Below are positions 1 to 10,034 of a stretch of DNA of 58,500 nt, piece after piece (position 1 is the stretch's first letter; each line of letters begins with the position of its first letter). The notes under the pieces are model-generated. The model saw nothing but the letters and a program-made list of their open reading frames with translations. It ran no database searches and was not told where the DNA came from. The stretch covers positions 1 to 58,500 of the forward strand of contig SXMN01000094.1 in assembly GCA_005777315.1 (NCBI GenBank). Direction: 5' to 3'. Source of the stretch: Verrucomicrobiales bacterium (GTDB taxonomy: Bacteria; Verrucomicrobiota; Verrucomicrobiia; Limisphaerales; F1-12-MAGs170). A program made the translations under genes and the position numbers.

Positions 1-281
1 ACTACCTTCCAGCCGTCCGTTGGGAACAGTCCGCACGACCCGACCTCTCCACTCGACCCACTCACGAAAGCACCAATTCAAGGGATTTGAACCGGTCACT
101 GTCTTTTCAGGTTTACCCCGCTCTTTCTGAGGTCAGAGCATCCTTTGCGTCACTCAAAGAACGAATCCACGGATGCCGCCCTCTGGCGATGAAAACCTCC
201 AATTCACGAAACCAGCTCAAAACACCTGCCGTGTTTGACTTTTCAAGTTGATCATCTGAGAGTCGTGGCACTTCAACAAAC

Positions 282-629
282 ATGAAAGCTCTATCCCTGA
301 TCACCCTGTTGTCGTCATTCGTTGCATTTCCACAGTCCGCATTGCCTCAGGCCTTGCAGACTTCTCCGCGAACGTCTGCGGAGAAGTCAGGGAAAACGGT
401 TCAGTCCGTCCTGACCACTTCAGTTCGAACCAGAAAATCCGATTCTGATCTGCTTCGCAAACAGGTTACTTTTACCGGGTTCATGGTGGACGCTGCCAAG
501 ACAAATTCGTTGTCGAGGATGTTGAGCTTGCGTCGGCCTGTGGATCCAAAGAGGGATGGGGAAAACGTAATTAACGATCCTGTTACCGGACGCATCGCGG
601 GAGTGCGATTTCTTTCGATTAATTTCTGA
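282..629 (+). CDS. Hypothetical exported protein
   Basis: 115-aa ORF with signal-peptide-like N-terminus (MKALSLITLLSSFVAFPQSA) and C-terminal Phe; no family recognised. Confidence 0.5.
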   Translation: MKALSLITLLSSFVAFPQSALPQALQTSPRTSAEKSGKTVQSVLTTSVRTRKSDSDLLRKQVTFTGFMVDAAKTNSLSRMLSLRRPVDPKRDGENVINDPVTGRIAGVRFLSINF

Positions 630-776
630 TCCAGATGGTTTATTTGCAACCTCTCGCAGGAAGCGGTTCGAGATTCATCAAGAGCATGGCACTGCGGCCT
701 CTGGTCGGAGAAGAAGTGTGATGGTGGAACCTATTGAGTTGTTCAAACGAACTTCCTCTTGTACGAGGTTTGGCCA

Positions 777-1442
777 ATGTTGAAACCCGCGCTAGGTAAA
801 AGGCTTGGATCGCTGCTTCGAGGTGGTACCCACACGCAACGTGATTCTCAGGAAGGAGGTGGCTCTGACAACACTCAACAGGTACTGTTGGGGCGTGGAA
901 TGAGAACCTTGATCGATTCCTCGGGAGCTAATTCATCGAGGACGATTCATGATGAATGCGCCACCAATCGTCACCCCTCCCCTAAGTTTCAGCTTCCCAG
1001 GTGGTACCTCCTTGCGGCTGATCTCGTGCTGCTGGTTGTCGCCGCAAGTATCGTCCATCAGACCGATCATCTCGGACTCGAGAGATGGGTTGTAATAGGG
1101 GGAATCGTTGTGAGCGGGGCGGCGTGTGCGCTCATGGCCGCCATCCGCCCGCTTCCGATGGATGACAATGGCGGTGACCCGCTTGATGACTGGACGGTGC
1201 TTCGGGACGGATCTGGGGGAACCGAAAGGATAGTCATGGTTCATCGTGTTGGACTGGCTTTTGCATGCGAGATCAAACAGATCCCCGGCGGAAGAATCGA
1301 AGTCGTTCCCATCTCCGCAGAGCCGAATTCCAATCTTACTGCCAAAGAAATTCATCGCCTGACATTGGAAGCGGCAAATACATTTCGAAAACTTGAAGCA
1401 ACTCGAGCGACTCGATTGAGGTCTTCGCTGGGCAGTTTCTAG
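777..1442 (+). CDS. Hypothetical membrane protein
   Basis: Two hydrophobic helices (WYLLAADLVLLVVAASIV; WVVIGGIVVSGAACALMAA); start uncertain. Confidence 0.5.
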   Translation: MLKPALGKRLGSLLRGGTHTQRDSQEGGGSDNTQQVLLGRGMRTLIDSSGANSSRTIHDECATNRHPSPKFQLPRWYLLAADLVLLVVAASIVHQTDHLGLERWVVIGGIVVSGAACALMAAIRPLPMDDNGGDPLDDWTVLRDGSGGTERIVMVHRVGLAFACEIKQIPGGRIEVVPISAEPNSNLTAKEIHRLTLEAANTFRKLEATRATRLRSSLGSF

Positions 1443-1521
1443 CTGATTAGACACAAAGCCATCGTTGACACTCCTTCGGTCCATGTTTACGTTCTCCCAG
1501 TTTTCAAAACCCAAAACGAAC

Positions 1522-2277
1522 ATGTTACTTCGAATCAGCCTAGGCATCGCAATTCTGGCCGCGATTGGAGCACTATACATTGGCCAGGTCGAGTTGGCAC
1601 CCAAGATTGCAGAACTCAAGACCGACCTCCAGACCGCTCAAACCGAACGGGACGACTCTCAGAAAAAGGAAAAAGCAGCCGTAGCGGAAGCCAAGAAATC
1701 CAAGGCGGACATGGATTCTGCCAAGAAAGAGCTTGCTGATACATCTCAAGCACTGGACGACAGCCGGGCTAAGCTCTCAGAACAGCAGAATCGAGCGAAC
1801 AAGCTATCCACGGATCTCACCAAGACGACTGGCGAGAGAAATGAAGCCCGTGAAGAGCTTTCCATCTGGAGAGCAGCCGGACTCACTGTGGATCAGGTGC
1901 GGGAAATGAAAGCGCAGATCGCGAAAATCAATGAGGAACGCGAGGCAATCGCAGGGGAAAACACCATTCTGATTCGGAACAACCGGCAATTGAAAAATCG
2001 TCTCGCGATCTACGAAGTTGAGGATCAGAAGGAACCGGAAATGCCAGCAGGCCTCAAGGGTAAGGTCTTGGCGGTGGATCCAAAGTACGACTTTGTAGTG
2101 TTGGACATCGGTGGGAACCAAGGTGCAGTCGAACGAGGAAAACTCTTGATCAGTCGGGCCGGAAAACTGGTAGGGGCGGTAAGAATTACCAAAGTTGAAC
2201 CTACTCGCTGCATCGCTAATATTATCGATGATTTGAAACAAGGCGATGTTTTAGAGGGTGACCAGGTGCTCTATTAA
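1522..2277 (+). CDS. Membrane-anchored coiled-coil protein with C-terminal beta domain
   Basis: N-terminal TM (MLLRISLGIAILAAIGALYI), long heptad-rich helix, then GLKGKVLAVDPKYDFVVLDIG...GDQVLY beta-rich tail. Confidence 0.8.
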   Translation: MLLRISLGIAILAAIGALYIGQVELAPKIAELKTDLQTAQTERDDSQKKEKAAVAEAKKSKADMDSAKKELADTSQALDDSRAKLSEQQNRANKLSTDLTKTTGERNEAREELSIWRAAGLTVDQVREMKAQIAKINEEREAIAGENTILIRNNRQLKNRLAIYEVEDQKEPEMPAGLKGKVLAVDPKYDFVVLDIGGNQGAVERGKLLISRAGKLVGAVRITKVEPTRCIANIIDDLKQGDVLEGDQVLY

Positions 2278-2283
2278 ACACAC

Positions 2284-2475
2284 GTGCCAATCCCCATGCC
2301 GATGAAACATATCCGGCGAGTTAATGAGATGCTGACGGTGTTGTTTATTCTGGGAATGCTGGGAGCAACTGGTTGCTCGACGACCCGTGACACGGAAAAC
2401 GTCTCAGAGCGCCCATGGAATGCGCCCAAGAACTGGGAACATGGTCTTCCTACGGGTTTGATGGATGGTCGTTGA
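2284..2475 (+). CDS. Small lipoprotein
   Basis: Hydrophobic stretch ending in a lipobox-like ATGC, then RPWNAPKNWE; directly follows the upstream gene. Confidence 0.7.
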   Translation: MPIPMPMKHIRRVNEMLTVLFILGMLGATGCSTTRDTENVSERPWNAPKNWEHGLPTGLMDGR

Positions 2476-2541
2476 CACTAAATGACGCTGCGAGAGATGC
2501 ACTGAGGACACAGCGAACGCTGATTTCCTAACAGTTCGCTT

Positions 2542-4107
2542 CTACTTCGCAAACTCTATGCACCGGGTTTCACGAACCACAGTAACTCTAATTTGCCCTG
2601 GGTATTGAAGCTCGGTTTCGATCTTCTTCACTATGTTCTTTGCGAGAAGATACGCCTGTTCATCTGACACCTTGTCCGGTTGGACAACGACTCGCAGCTC
2701 GCGTCCTGCCTGCACGGCGAAGCATTTCTCGACCCCTGGCAGCGAGAGCCCTATCTGCTCAAGGTTTTCCACACGCTTGATGTAGGTCGTCATCGTTTCA
2801 GAGCGAGCACCAGGCCGCGAAGCACTGATCGCATCGGCTGCGCTCACTAGAATGCCCAACACGGTCGTATGTGGAACTTCGTCGTGATGCGAGGCGACAC
2901 CGTTCACCACATCATCCGTTTCACCATGTCGCTTTATGAAGTCCGCACCGATGATGGCGTGCGATCCCTCAATTTCGTGATTTAATGCCTTACCGATGTC
3001 ATGTAGAAGTCCGGCTCGCTTTGCTGCCGTTGCATCCACACCTAGCTCGGAGGCCATGAGGGCCGTGAGATGAGCGACCTCAATCGAGTGGTCCAGAATG
3101 TTTTGCGCGTAACTATGCCTGAACCGGAGCCGCCCAAGAGTTTTGACAACCTCCGGATGCATCGGCGGCAGCCCTAGTTTGAAAACGGACTCTTCTCCAG
3201 CCTTTACGACGGCTTCGTCTACTTCTGTGGTTACTTGAGCCACGACTTCTTCGATCCGGGTAGGGTGAATGCGCCCGTCTTGGATCAAGCGTTGCATTGC
3301 TTCGCGGGCAACTTCACGGCGAACTGGGTCAAAACCGGAGAGAACTACGGCGTTTGGCGTATCATCGATAAGTACGGTTATGCCTGTGGCACCTTCGAAC
3401 GCGCGTATGTTCCTTCCTTCTCGTCCGATGATGCGTCCCTTGATGTCTTCGCCTTGAAGGGCCACCGTCGCCGTAGTTGTTTCGAATGTATGGGTGCCAG
3501 CATATCGCTGTATCGCCAGACTGATGACCCGGCGGGCGTGGTCCTCGGCACGGCTCTTCACATCTTCCATGATGTGGCGGGAAAGACTCATAGCTTCGTG
3601 CTGGCTCTGCTCCTCGACCTCCTTGAGCAACGCCGCCTTGGCTTCGTCTTCGGACCAATTGGAAATCTGCTCAATCTGCTGCTTGCGCTGCGAACTCAAT
3701 TCCATCAAGTGTCGCCGCAATACTTCCGTTTCCGTCCGGCACCGATCGAGTTCTTGCTGGTGGGTCCGAATGGATTTTTCCTGCTGAACGAGGCCTGTGA
3801 GTTGTGAATTAATCAGATTCTCACGTTCGCCGAGCCGCTGCTCACGCTCGGAAAGTTCCAAGCGGCGTGCGGTGAAGGCCTTTTCATTCTGCTCCCGTAA
3901 TTTGATGATCTCCTCATTGACTGAGAGTCGAGATTCGCGGATGAGGTTTTCCGCCTGTTGACGTGCGCCATCCAACGTGCCTTTTTCGAGCGCCAAAGCA
4001 GATGCAAGGAGCCTGCGCTCCTTCCTCCGGAGAAGGCTGTATCCGACAGCTGCACCCAAGACAATTCCGACGGTGCCTGCCATCCAAAAAGTATCCGCAA
4101 AAATCAT
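2542..4107 (-). CDS. rny: Ribonuclease Y
   Basis: N-terminal TM, coiled coil, KH motif KGRIIGREGRNIR, HD domain (LLHDIGKA, ADAISASRPGAR), C-terminal YPGQIRVTVVRETR. Confidence 0.97.
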   Translation of the reverse strand: MIFADTFWMAGTVGIVLGAAVGYSLLRRKERRLLASALALEKGTLDGARQQAENLIRESRLSVNEEIIKLREQNEKAFTARRLELSEREQRLGERENLINSQLTGLVQQEKSIRTHQQELDRCRTETEVLRRHLMELSSQRKQQIEQISNWSEDEAKAALLKEVEEQSQHEAMSLSRHIMEDVKSRAEDHARRVISLAIQRYAGTHTFETTTATVALQGEDIKGRIIGREGRNIRAFEGATGITVLIDDTPNAVVLSGFDPVRREVAREAMQRLIQDGRIHPTRIEEVVAQVTTEVDEAVVKAGEESVFKLGLPPMHPEVVKTLGRLRFRHSYAQNILDHSIEVAHLTALMASELGVDATAAKRAGLLHDIGKALNHEIEGSHAIIGADFIKRHGETDDVVNGVASHHDEVPHTTVLGILVSAADAISASRPGARSETMTTYIKRVENLEQIGLSLPGVEKCFAVQAGRELRVVVQPDKVSDEQAYLLAKNIVKKIETELQYPGQIRVTVVRETRCIEFAK

Positions 4108-4109
4108 TT

Positions 4110-4721
4110 TCAGGACGCACAGCGGCCAAACGTCAGCCATCGAGTGGGCGTCAATAACGTACTCATTAACACATCATGCGGTTCCGCCGGGACTGAACTT
4201 AGGAGTTGCTGATCAAAGGCTACTCCACACTTTATCCCGACAACGGATGCCAGCATCTGATCGTAAAACCCTCTTCCCCGCCCCAGCCGGTATCCGCGCT
4301 CATCGAAAGCTAGTCCAGGCACCAGCACCAAGTCCAGTTGGTTTAGCGGCATGACTTTCGCTGCAGGTGCAGGTTCCAGCACTCCAAACTGACCTGCAAC
4401 CAACTCAGATTGAGATGGCTCCACTAAAGCCGCCGAGTACGAGTATAAGTCTGCATCAAATCTGGGGAGGCAAACTAACTTGCCAGAAGTCACCCCTTTT
4501 TGAATTAGCGGCAGAATATCCACCTCGCCTTTCATGGGAACGTAAAGCATCACGCTTGACGCAGATTCCCAAGCGGACTTTGCCTGCAAGCTCGAACAGA
4601 CGTGATCGGAACCCCTCGCGGCAAGATCCGCAGACATCTCTGCTAGAATCTGCCGCATTTCGCGTCGCAAGTGCGATTTCGCTCCCTGCTCTGTAGTAGG
4701 ATGGCGGCAAGTCAGTTTCAA
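4110..4721 (-). CDS. 5-formyltetrahydrofolate cyclo-ligase
   Basis: DLVLVPGLAFDERGYRLGRGRGFYD and PAEPHD motifs; start uncertain (TTG overlapping the rarA stop chosen). Confidence 0.93.
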   Translation of the reverse strand: MKLTCRHPTTEQGAKSHLRREMRQILAEMSADLAARGSDHVCSSLQAKSAWESASSVMLYVPMKGEVDILPLIQKGVTSGKLVCLPRFDADLYSYSAALVEPSQSELVAGQFGVLEPAPAAKVMPLNQLDLVLVPGLAFDERGYRLGRGRGFYDQMLASVVGIKCGVAFDQQLLSSVPAEPHDVLMSTLLTPTRWLTFGRCAS

Positions 4722-6091
4722 GCTGGCCTTCGTAATTCCGCTTGAGCCGCACGCCATCGGTCGATTCGTTCTTTGATCTTCTTCTCCACTCCTTGATCTG
4801 TTGGCTCGTAGTATCGCCTCGTCGCGCCCAGATGGTCTTGGGCTACAAAGTGATCTGGATGGTCGTGCGCATACTGATAGCCCTGGCCATGTCCAAGACG
4901 CGTTGCTCCAACATAAGTTGTGTCTTTGAGATGCTTAGGCACAGGCAGAGTTCGTCCCGAACGGACATCGTCCAATGCTGCATCGATCGCCTTGTAGGCG
5001 CTGTTGCTCTTGTTGGCGGTCGCAATATAGATAGTCGCTTCCGCGAGAGGAATTCTAGCCTCTGGCCATCCGATGAATTCCGAGGCTTCCATCGCAGCGT
5101 TCGCCAATATCAGTGCCATGGGGTCTGCCAGACCGACATCTTCGGCAGCACAAATGACAATTCGCCGGGCAATGAACCGTGGATCCTCTCCTGCCTGAAT
5201 CATCTTAGCCAGCCAGTACAACGATGCGTCAGGGTCACTCCCGCGCATCGATTTGATGAAAGCCGAAATAGTGTCGTAATGAGCGTCGCCGTCACCATCA
5301 TACACGATCGCCTTCTTCTGGATGCTCTGTTCAGCAACGTTGAGAGTAATGCGGATGATTCCGTCGGACGCGGGAAGCGTCGTCAACGCTGCAATTTCAA
5401 GCGAGTTCAAAGCCTTACGAGCATCTCCATCCGACATGGTCGCAAGATGTTGAAATGCTTCGGGTTCGGCCCGGATTCTCAGGTGTCCCAAACCTCGTCC
5501 AGGGTCCTCCAAGGCGCGCTCGAGTAATTGTCGCAACTCCTCAACTGTCAGAGGGAGCAATTCAAACAGTTGTGATCGCGAGACGAGTGGTGAATTGACA
5601 AAGAAAAATGGATTATGAGTGGTGGCACCAATCAGTCGAATTACTCCAGATTCCACGTCAGGCAGCAAAACATCCTGTTGGGATTTATTGAAGCGATGAA
5701 TCTCGTCCACAAAGAGGATTGTTGATTGTCCGGTGTTGTGCAGACGGTTCGAGGCTGCTGATATGACCCGTCGCATGTCGGCGACATTGGATTCGACACC
5801 ACTCAGACGTTCAAATTTGTTACAAGTCTGTCTTGCGATGATTTGGGCGAGAGAGGTCTTACCAGTGCCAGGAGGGCCGTAAAAGATAAGCGATTGAATT
5901 CTGTCAGCCTCAATCGCGCGGCGGAGTAACTGGCCAGGGCCAAGAATATGAGACTGACCCACATACTCAGATAATGAACTCGGACGCATGCGTGCCGCGA
6001 GTGGCATTGGGGAACCATGCTCGCCCTCCGGGCTCGGAATTGGCTCCACCGGAGGGGCGGGCTTCGCTTGAAACAATTCGTCCTGCGCCAT
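4718..6091 (-). CDS. rarA: Replication-associated recombination protein A (RarA/MgsA AAA+ ATPase)
   Basis: PLAARMRP, Walker A GPPGTGKT, Walker B FVDEIHRFNKSQQD, HYDTISAFIKSMRGSDPDA. Confidence 0.97.
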   Translation of the reverse strand: MAQDELFQAKPAPPVEPIPSPEGEHGSPMPLAARMRPSSLSEYVGQSHILGPGQLLRRAIEADRIQSLIFYGPPGTGKTSLAQIIARQTCNKFERLSGVESNVADMRRVISAASNRLHNTGQSTILFVDEIHRFNKSQQDVLLPDVESGVIRLIGATTHNPFFFVNSPLVSRSQLFELLPLTVEELRQLLERALEDPGRGLGHLRIRAEPEAFQHLATMSDGDARKALNSLEIAALTTLPASDGIIRITLNVAEQSIQKKAIVYDGDGDAHYDTISAFIKSMRGSDPDASLYWLAKMIQAGEDPRFIARRIVICAAEDVGLADPMALILANAAMEASEFIGWPEARIPLAEATIYIATANKSNSAYKAIDAALDDVRSGRTLPVPKHLKDTTYVGATRLGHGQGYQYAHDHPDHFVAQDHLGATRRYYEPTDQGVEKKIKERIDRWRAAQAELRRPA

Positions 6092-6153
6092 GAGTCAAAC
6101 CTGAATCGACTTTGGAGGAACAGCCCCCCTTGAAGAGCCTGCTTAAGCAAAAA

Positions 6154-6331
6154 ACCCCGCCGTAATGCCGTGTGTAAACAGTTCCTTTGAACTTGCTAAG
6201 AAACAGGTGGAACCGACTTGTCAGCTTTCGACTTCCAATCAAGGCCTGTCGTCCACCAGCTAAGTGAAGGTTCCGTCATCAGTAACTTTACGGTTCAAGG
6301 ACTTTGCTTCTTACCACGAACATGGCAGGGT
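6154..6331 (-). ncRNA. ssrS: 6S RNA
   Basis: About 178-nt non-coding rod. 5' ACCCUGCCAUGUUCGUG pairs with 3' CACGGCAUUACGGCGGGGU, and after a central bubble CCUUGAAC pairs with GUUCAAAGG. It is followed by a U-run and lies upstream of the 5-FTHF cyclo-ligase and rny, the established 6S context. Confidence 0.9.
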
Positions 6332-6641
6332 AAATTCAAAGTCAAATTTCTCAAAGACCAATTGTGAATTTGTGCGGACTGCCTTAACCGACCTTACCCC
6401 GCACTTTCTGCGCTTGAGAATCGTCCTTTGTCAGCACTCTCTCAAGGGAAAAAGTGTGAAAAAATTTAAGACAAGTTCTAATTCGCCGCAGATTATGCTT
6501 CACCACCGCACCCCGCGACAATCATGTCTTGAGCGATTAGCACTAACTTTGTCTCGAACCTTCTGACTCACGGTGTGTCCATGCCAATTCCTCGGCATTG
6601 TCGTTGTCGTGATGTCTGCTGAGTTCTGGCGGTTGGCAACA

Positions 6642-7676
6642 TCATTTTTTGTGGTGTTCCTCATAGTGGGAACGCAGCGGATCGCCGCCAAAATCTCTCT
6701 CCAAATCGCGCCAAACCGCATGAACGTGATTGGCATTGTTCTGAGTGTTATCATACTCGATAAGGAATGATGGTCCTTGGATTCGGTAGTAGTGTCCTTT
6801 TCCAGGCTCGATGGCACCGGCCCACGCGAAGCTGATTTTGGCCGGAGAAGTACTACGAATCTTCTTCAGATCCTGATCAGCAAGCTCACCCCGGTTTCGA
6901 AATACATACTCCTTGACCACATCCATGAGCATTTGTTTCTGATCCTTTGTCATTTTGCTCATCGCCAAACCAGATGGGCTTAGAACCCTGGCTTTCCGAT
7001 CCGCAGCGGTGATGATGTCGGCGGGGGCGACATTGGTGTAGATGGCGATGCTACGCTGAGTGTCGTCAAGAGAACGAACCAACTGACGTGCAAGATCTTC
7101 CTCACGGCTCAAAACGCGAAGTCCAGCTCGTTGTCCCTCTCGAACTTCTCCAGGATTCGTTCCCAAGAATGAAGGCGTCACCGCGATACTGGCGCCCTCG
7201 ACCAAGGTGAAGTTAAGAGCCAAGTGATGCCCTTCCCAACGCCATGCCCACGTATCCTTTGTGCTCGGTTTGCTGAAAATGCTTACGAAATAAAGTTCAG
7301 GGTCTCGGACGGGGCCTTTGCCTTGTTCAATCTCGGCCAGAATTTGTTCCAAGCTCATTATGGTGGAAGCCTTCATGAAGCCCCGCTGGCTCAAGGCGGT
7401 GTTGAGAAGCGCATGAGCCAGGTGTCGCTGGGCCGGTGTCATTTCCTTGAGGGGAAGTCCCTTTCTAGCGCGTGGAATGAAATGCCAGTTGAGGCGCTCG
7501 TCGTCCTTGAAGTCGAATATAGCCTTCGCTTTCTGCTCCGCCGTGAGGGCCGCGAGAAAATGTGTTGCGGCGGCGGTCATTTCCTCTGCGGGACCATGTG
7601 CACGGGCGGAGTCCGGCAGAAGAAAACAGGCGATGGCTAGAAAAAATGCGTATATGTGTGTGTGAACAGAATGCAT
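6642..7676 (-). CDS. DUF3500 family exported protein
   Basis: Signal peptide, ERLNWHFIP, WRWEGHHLALNF, HYYRIQGPSFLIEYDNTQNNANHVHAVWRD. Confidence 0.88.
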   Translation of the reverse strand: MHSVHTHIYAFFLAIACFLLPDSARAHGPAEEMTAAATHFLAALTAEQKAKAIFDFKDDERLNWHFIPRARKGLPLKEMTPAQRHLAHALLNTALSQRGFMKASTIMSLEQILAEIEQGKGPVRDPELYFVSIFSKPSTKDTWAWRWEGHHLALNFTLVEGASIAVTPSFLGTNPGEVREGQRAGLRVLSREEDLARQLVRSLDDTQRSIAIYTNVAPADIITAADRKARVLSPSGLAMSKMTKDQKQMLMDVVKEYVFRNRGELADQDLKKIRSTSPAKISFAWAGAIEPGKGHYYRIQGPSFLIEYDNTQNNANHVHAVWRDLERDFGGDPLRSHYEEHHKK

Positions 7677-7841
7677 GGGACGAAGTCAATTCAGTTACCA
7701 CCAAAAGGGCAACAGGAAAAAAACCACTGAAAAATTGAAGGAGAACAATTGAGAGGAACTTCAGCCTTGCGCCTTGGTGCAGGTGTGCGAGCGTTGATCA
7801 AACGTTTTGGAACCGACCCATCAATAAGAGGAGAGCATTGT

Positions 7842-8804
7842 GTGAGCTATCGAGAGTCCATCCCCAAAAACCCGCTTCACAAATACGGCCACTGGATCAG
7901 CCTCAGCTTCTGGCTGGCGCTGTTCGCCTGCATTGTGCTGACTAGTTTCTATACCGTGCCTGCGGATTCGGCGGCCATCGTGCAACGATTCGGGAAGTTT
8001 CTCCGCACCGAGGAGCCTGGCTTGCGTTTCAAGGCACCTTTCGGTGTGGATCAAATTACTCAGATTCCAATTCGCCGGCAGCTCAAGCTGGAGTTTGGCT
8101 TTGCAACGCCCGACGCATCCAACCCTTTCCAACACGGTCAGGATCCCGAAATGGAGAAAGCAATGGTCACGGGAGATCTCAATGAGGCCCAGGTGGAATG
8201 GATCGTTCAGTACCGCATCAATGATCCGAAGCTCTACCTTTTTGAGGTGCGAGACCCTGAAGAGACACTCCGCGCGGCATCGGAAGCGGTCATGCGTGAA
8301 GTGGTGGGTGATCGAACAGTGGACGAAGTGATTACCGTCGGAAGACAGGAAATTGAAAATGAATCCAAAGTTGTCCTGCAAAAAGTTGTTCAACAGTATC
8401 AACTGGGACTAAGCATTGACCTGGTGCAGTTGAAGAACGTGAACCCTCCGAAGCAGGTGCAGGCATCTTTCAACGAAGTAAATCAGTCGCAACAGGAGAA
8501 GCAACGTTCGATCAACATCGCCAGCGGCGAGTACAATAAAGTAGTCCCACGGGCCCGTGGCGAGGCGGCTCGTTTGCTGGCAGAGGCTCAGGGCTACTCA
8601 CAGAAGCGGATCAACGAGGCCGAAGGAGACGCGGCGCTTTTCAATGCCGTCTTTGCACAGTATCAGAAGTCCCCTGACGTGACCCGACAGCGCATCTACT
8701 TGGAGACGATGAGCGAGGTGCTCCCCAAAGTCAGTCGCAAGGTTATCGTCGACGACAAAGGCCAGCAAGTGCTGCCCCTATTGCAGCTCCATACCGGAAA
8801 GTAA
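7842..8804 (+). CDS. hflK: FtsH protease modulator HflK (SPFH)
   Basis: TM + SPFH domain, MVTGDLN, VNPPKQVQASFNEV, PDVTRQRIYLETM; GTG start after GAGGAG. Confidence 0.93.
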   Translation: MSYRESIPKNPLHKYGHWISLSFWLALFACIVLTSFYTVPADSAAIVQRFGKFLRTEEPGLRFKAPFGVDQITQIPIRRQLKLEFGFATPDASNPFQHGQDPEMEKAMVTGDLNEAQVEWIVQYRINDPKLYLFEVRDPEETLRAASEAVMREVVGDRTVDEVITVGRQEIENESKVVLQKVVQQYQLGLSIDLVQLKNVNPPKQVQASFNEVNQSQQEKQRSINIASGEYNKVVPRARGEAARLLAEAQGYSQKRINEAEGDAALFNAVFAQYQKSPDVTRQRIYLETMSEVLPKVSRKVIVDDKGQQVLPLLQLHTGK

Positions 8805-8810
8805 GATACC

Positions 8811-9797
8811 ATGAATCTCACGTCCATGCTCAGGTCTGTCGCCGTTGCAGTCACGGTTCTCGTGGTTCTCATCGTCGCCAACATATGTTTCTACACGATC
8901 TCTGAAACCGAGCAGGTAATTCTGACCCAGTTCGGCAAGACGATGGGCGCACCAATCAATGAATCAGGCATTCATTTCAAGTGGCCCTTCATCCAGACGG
9001 TGAACCGCATCGACAAACGCATCCTTGAGTGGGATGGCCGCCCGGGCGAAATGCCGACGCGAGATAAACTCTACATCATCGTAGATACCTTCGGGAGATG
9101 GCGCATCAGCGATCCGCTCCAATTCTTCACCCGGCTCCGGGACGAACGCAGCGCCCAATCCCGTCTGGATGACATCATTGGAAGCGAAGTTCGCAATGCC
9201 GTTGCCAAGCATGATCTCATCGAAATCGTGCGAACCGACAAGAATCGCACGCCGGCGGTAGATGTAACTCTTTCCGCTGATGCCGGCCAGATCAGCCGTT
9301 TCCTTCCAATCTCACTCGGCCGAACAGCCATCGAAGGGGAAGTCGTTAAGGCTGCCGCACCCAAGCTGAAAGATTTCGGGATTGAATTGATCGACGTGCG
9401 ATTCATGCGAGTCAATTACAACGTGGGTGTCAGCTCAAAGATCCATGAACGCATGACCAGCGAACGCCAGCAGATTGCCTCGCGTTTTCGATCTGAAGGC
9501 GAAGGCGAGGCAGCAAAGATTCTTGGCAATAAGGAACGGGATCTCCGGCAGATCGAGTCTGAGGCCTACAGGGAGATTCAAAAAATCCGTGGCGACGCAG
9601 ATGCCAAAGCGACCGAGATATATGCCCGCGCTTATGGAGGCAGTCCCGAGGCGGCTGAATTCCACCGCTTCCTCCGTACGATGGACGCATACAAGAAGAC
9701 CCTCGATAAGGACACGACCCTGCTGCTCTCCACGGACAGCGATATGTTTCGCTACCTAAAACAGCCTTTCATCACGAATCCTCCGAGTGTGAAGTAA
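8811..9797 (+). CDS. hflC: FtsH protease modulator HflC (SPFH)
   Basis: RMTSERQQIASRFRSEGEGEA, GDADAKATEIYARAY, SDMFRYLK; directly downstream of hflK. Confidence 0.93.
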   Translation: MNLTSMLRSVAVAVTVLVVLIVANICFYTISETEQVILTQFGKTMGAPINESGIHFKWPFIQTVNRIDKRILEWDGRPGEMPTRDKLYIIVDTFGRWRISDPLQFFTRLRDERSAQSRLDDIIGSEVRNAVAKHDLIEIVRTDKNRTPAVDVTLSADAGQISRFLPISLGRTAIEGEVVKAAAPKLKDFGIELIDVRFMRVNYNVGVSSKIHERMTSERQQIASRFRSEGEGEAAKILGNKERDLRQIESEAYREIQKIRGDADAKATEIYARAYGGSPEAAEFHRFLRTMDAYKKTLDKDTTLLLSTDSDMFRYLKQPFITNPPSVK

Positions 9798-10034
9798 TAA
9801 CGGATCATCGGCGTTGAGATATGTCAGTCGATTGCCTTCCGCTGCTCTTCTTTCAGTCGCGAGGGTTGGGACCGCTGAAAACAATACAAAAACAAGTGCG
9901 CCCAACAGCATGACATGTTGCGAAGGGATCATGTCTTAAAGCTAGAGCTGATTGATCCATTCGTGGAAGCTGGGAAAAGTTGAGGGTGGTCGATGCACAG
10001 CGTTTCGTCTCTATGGCAAGCTGCTCCACCGGCT

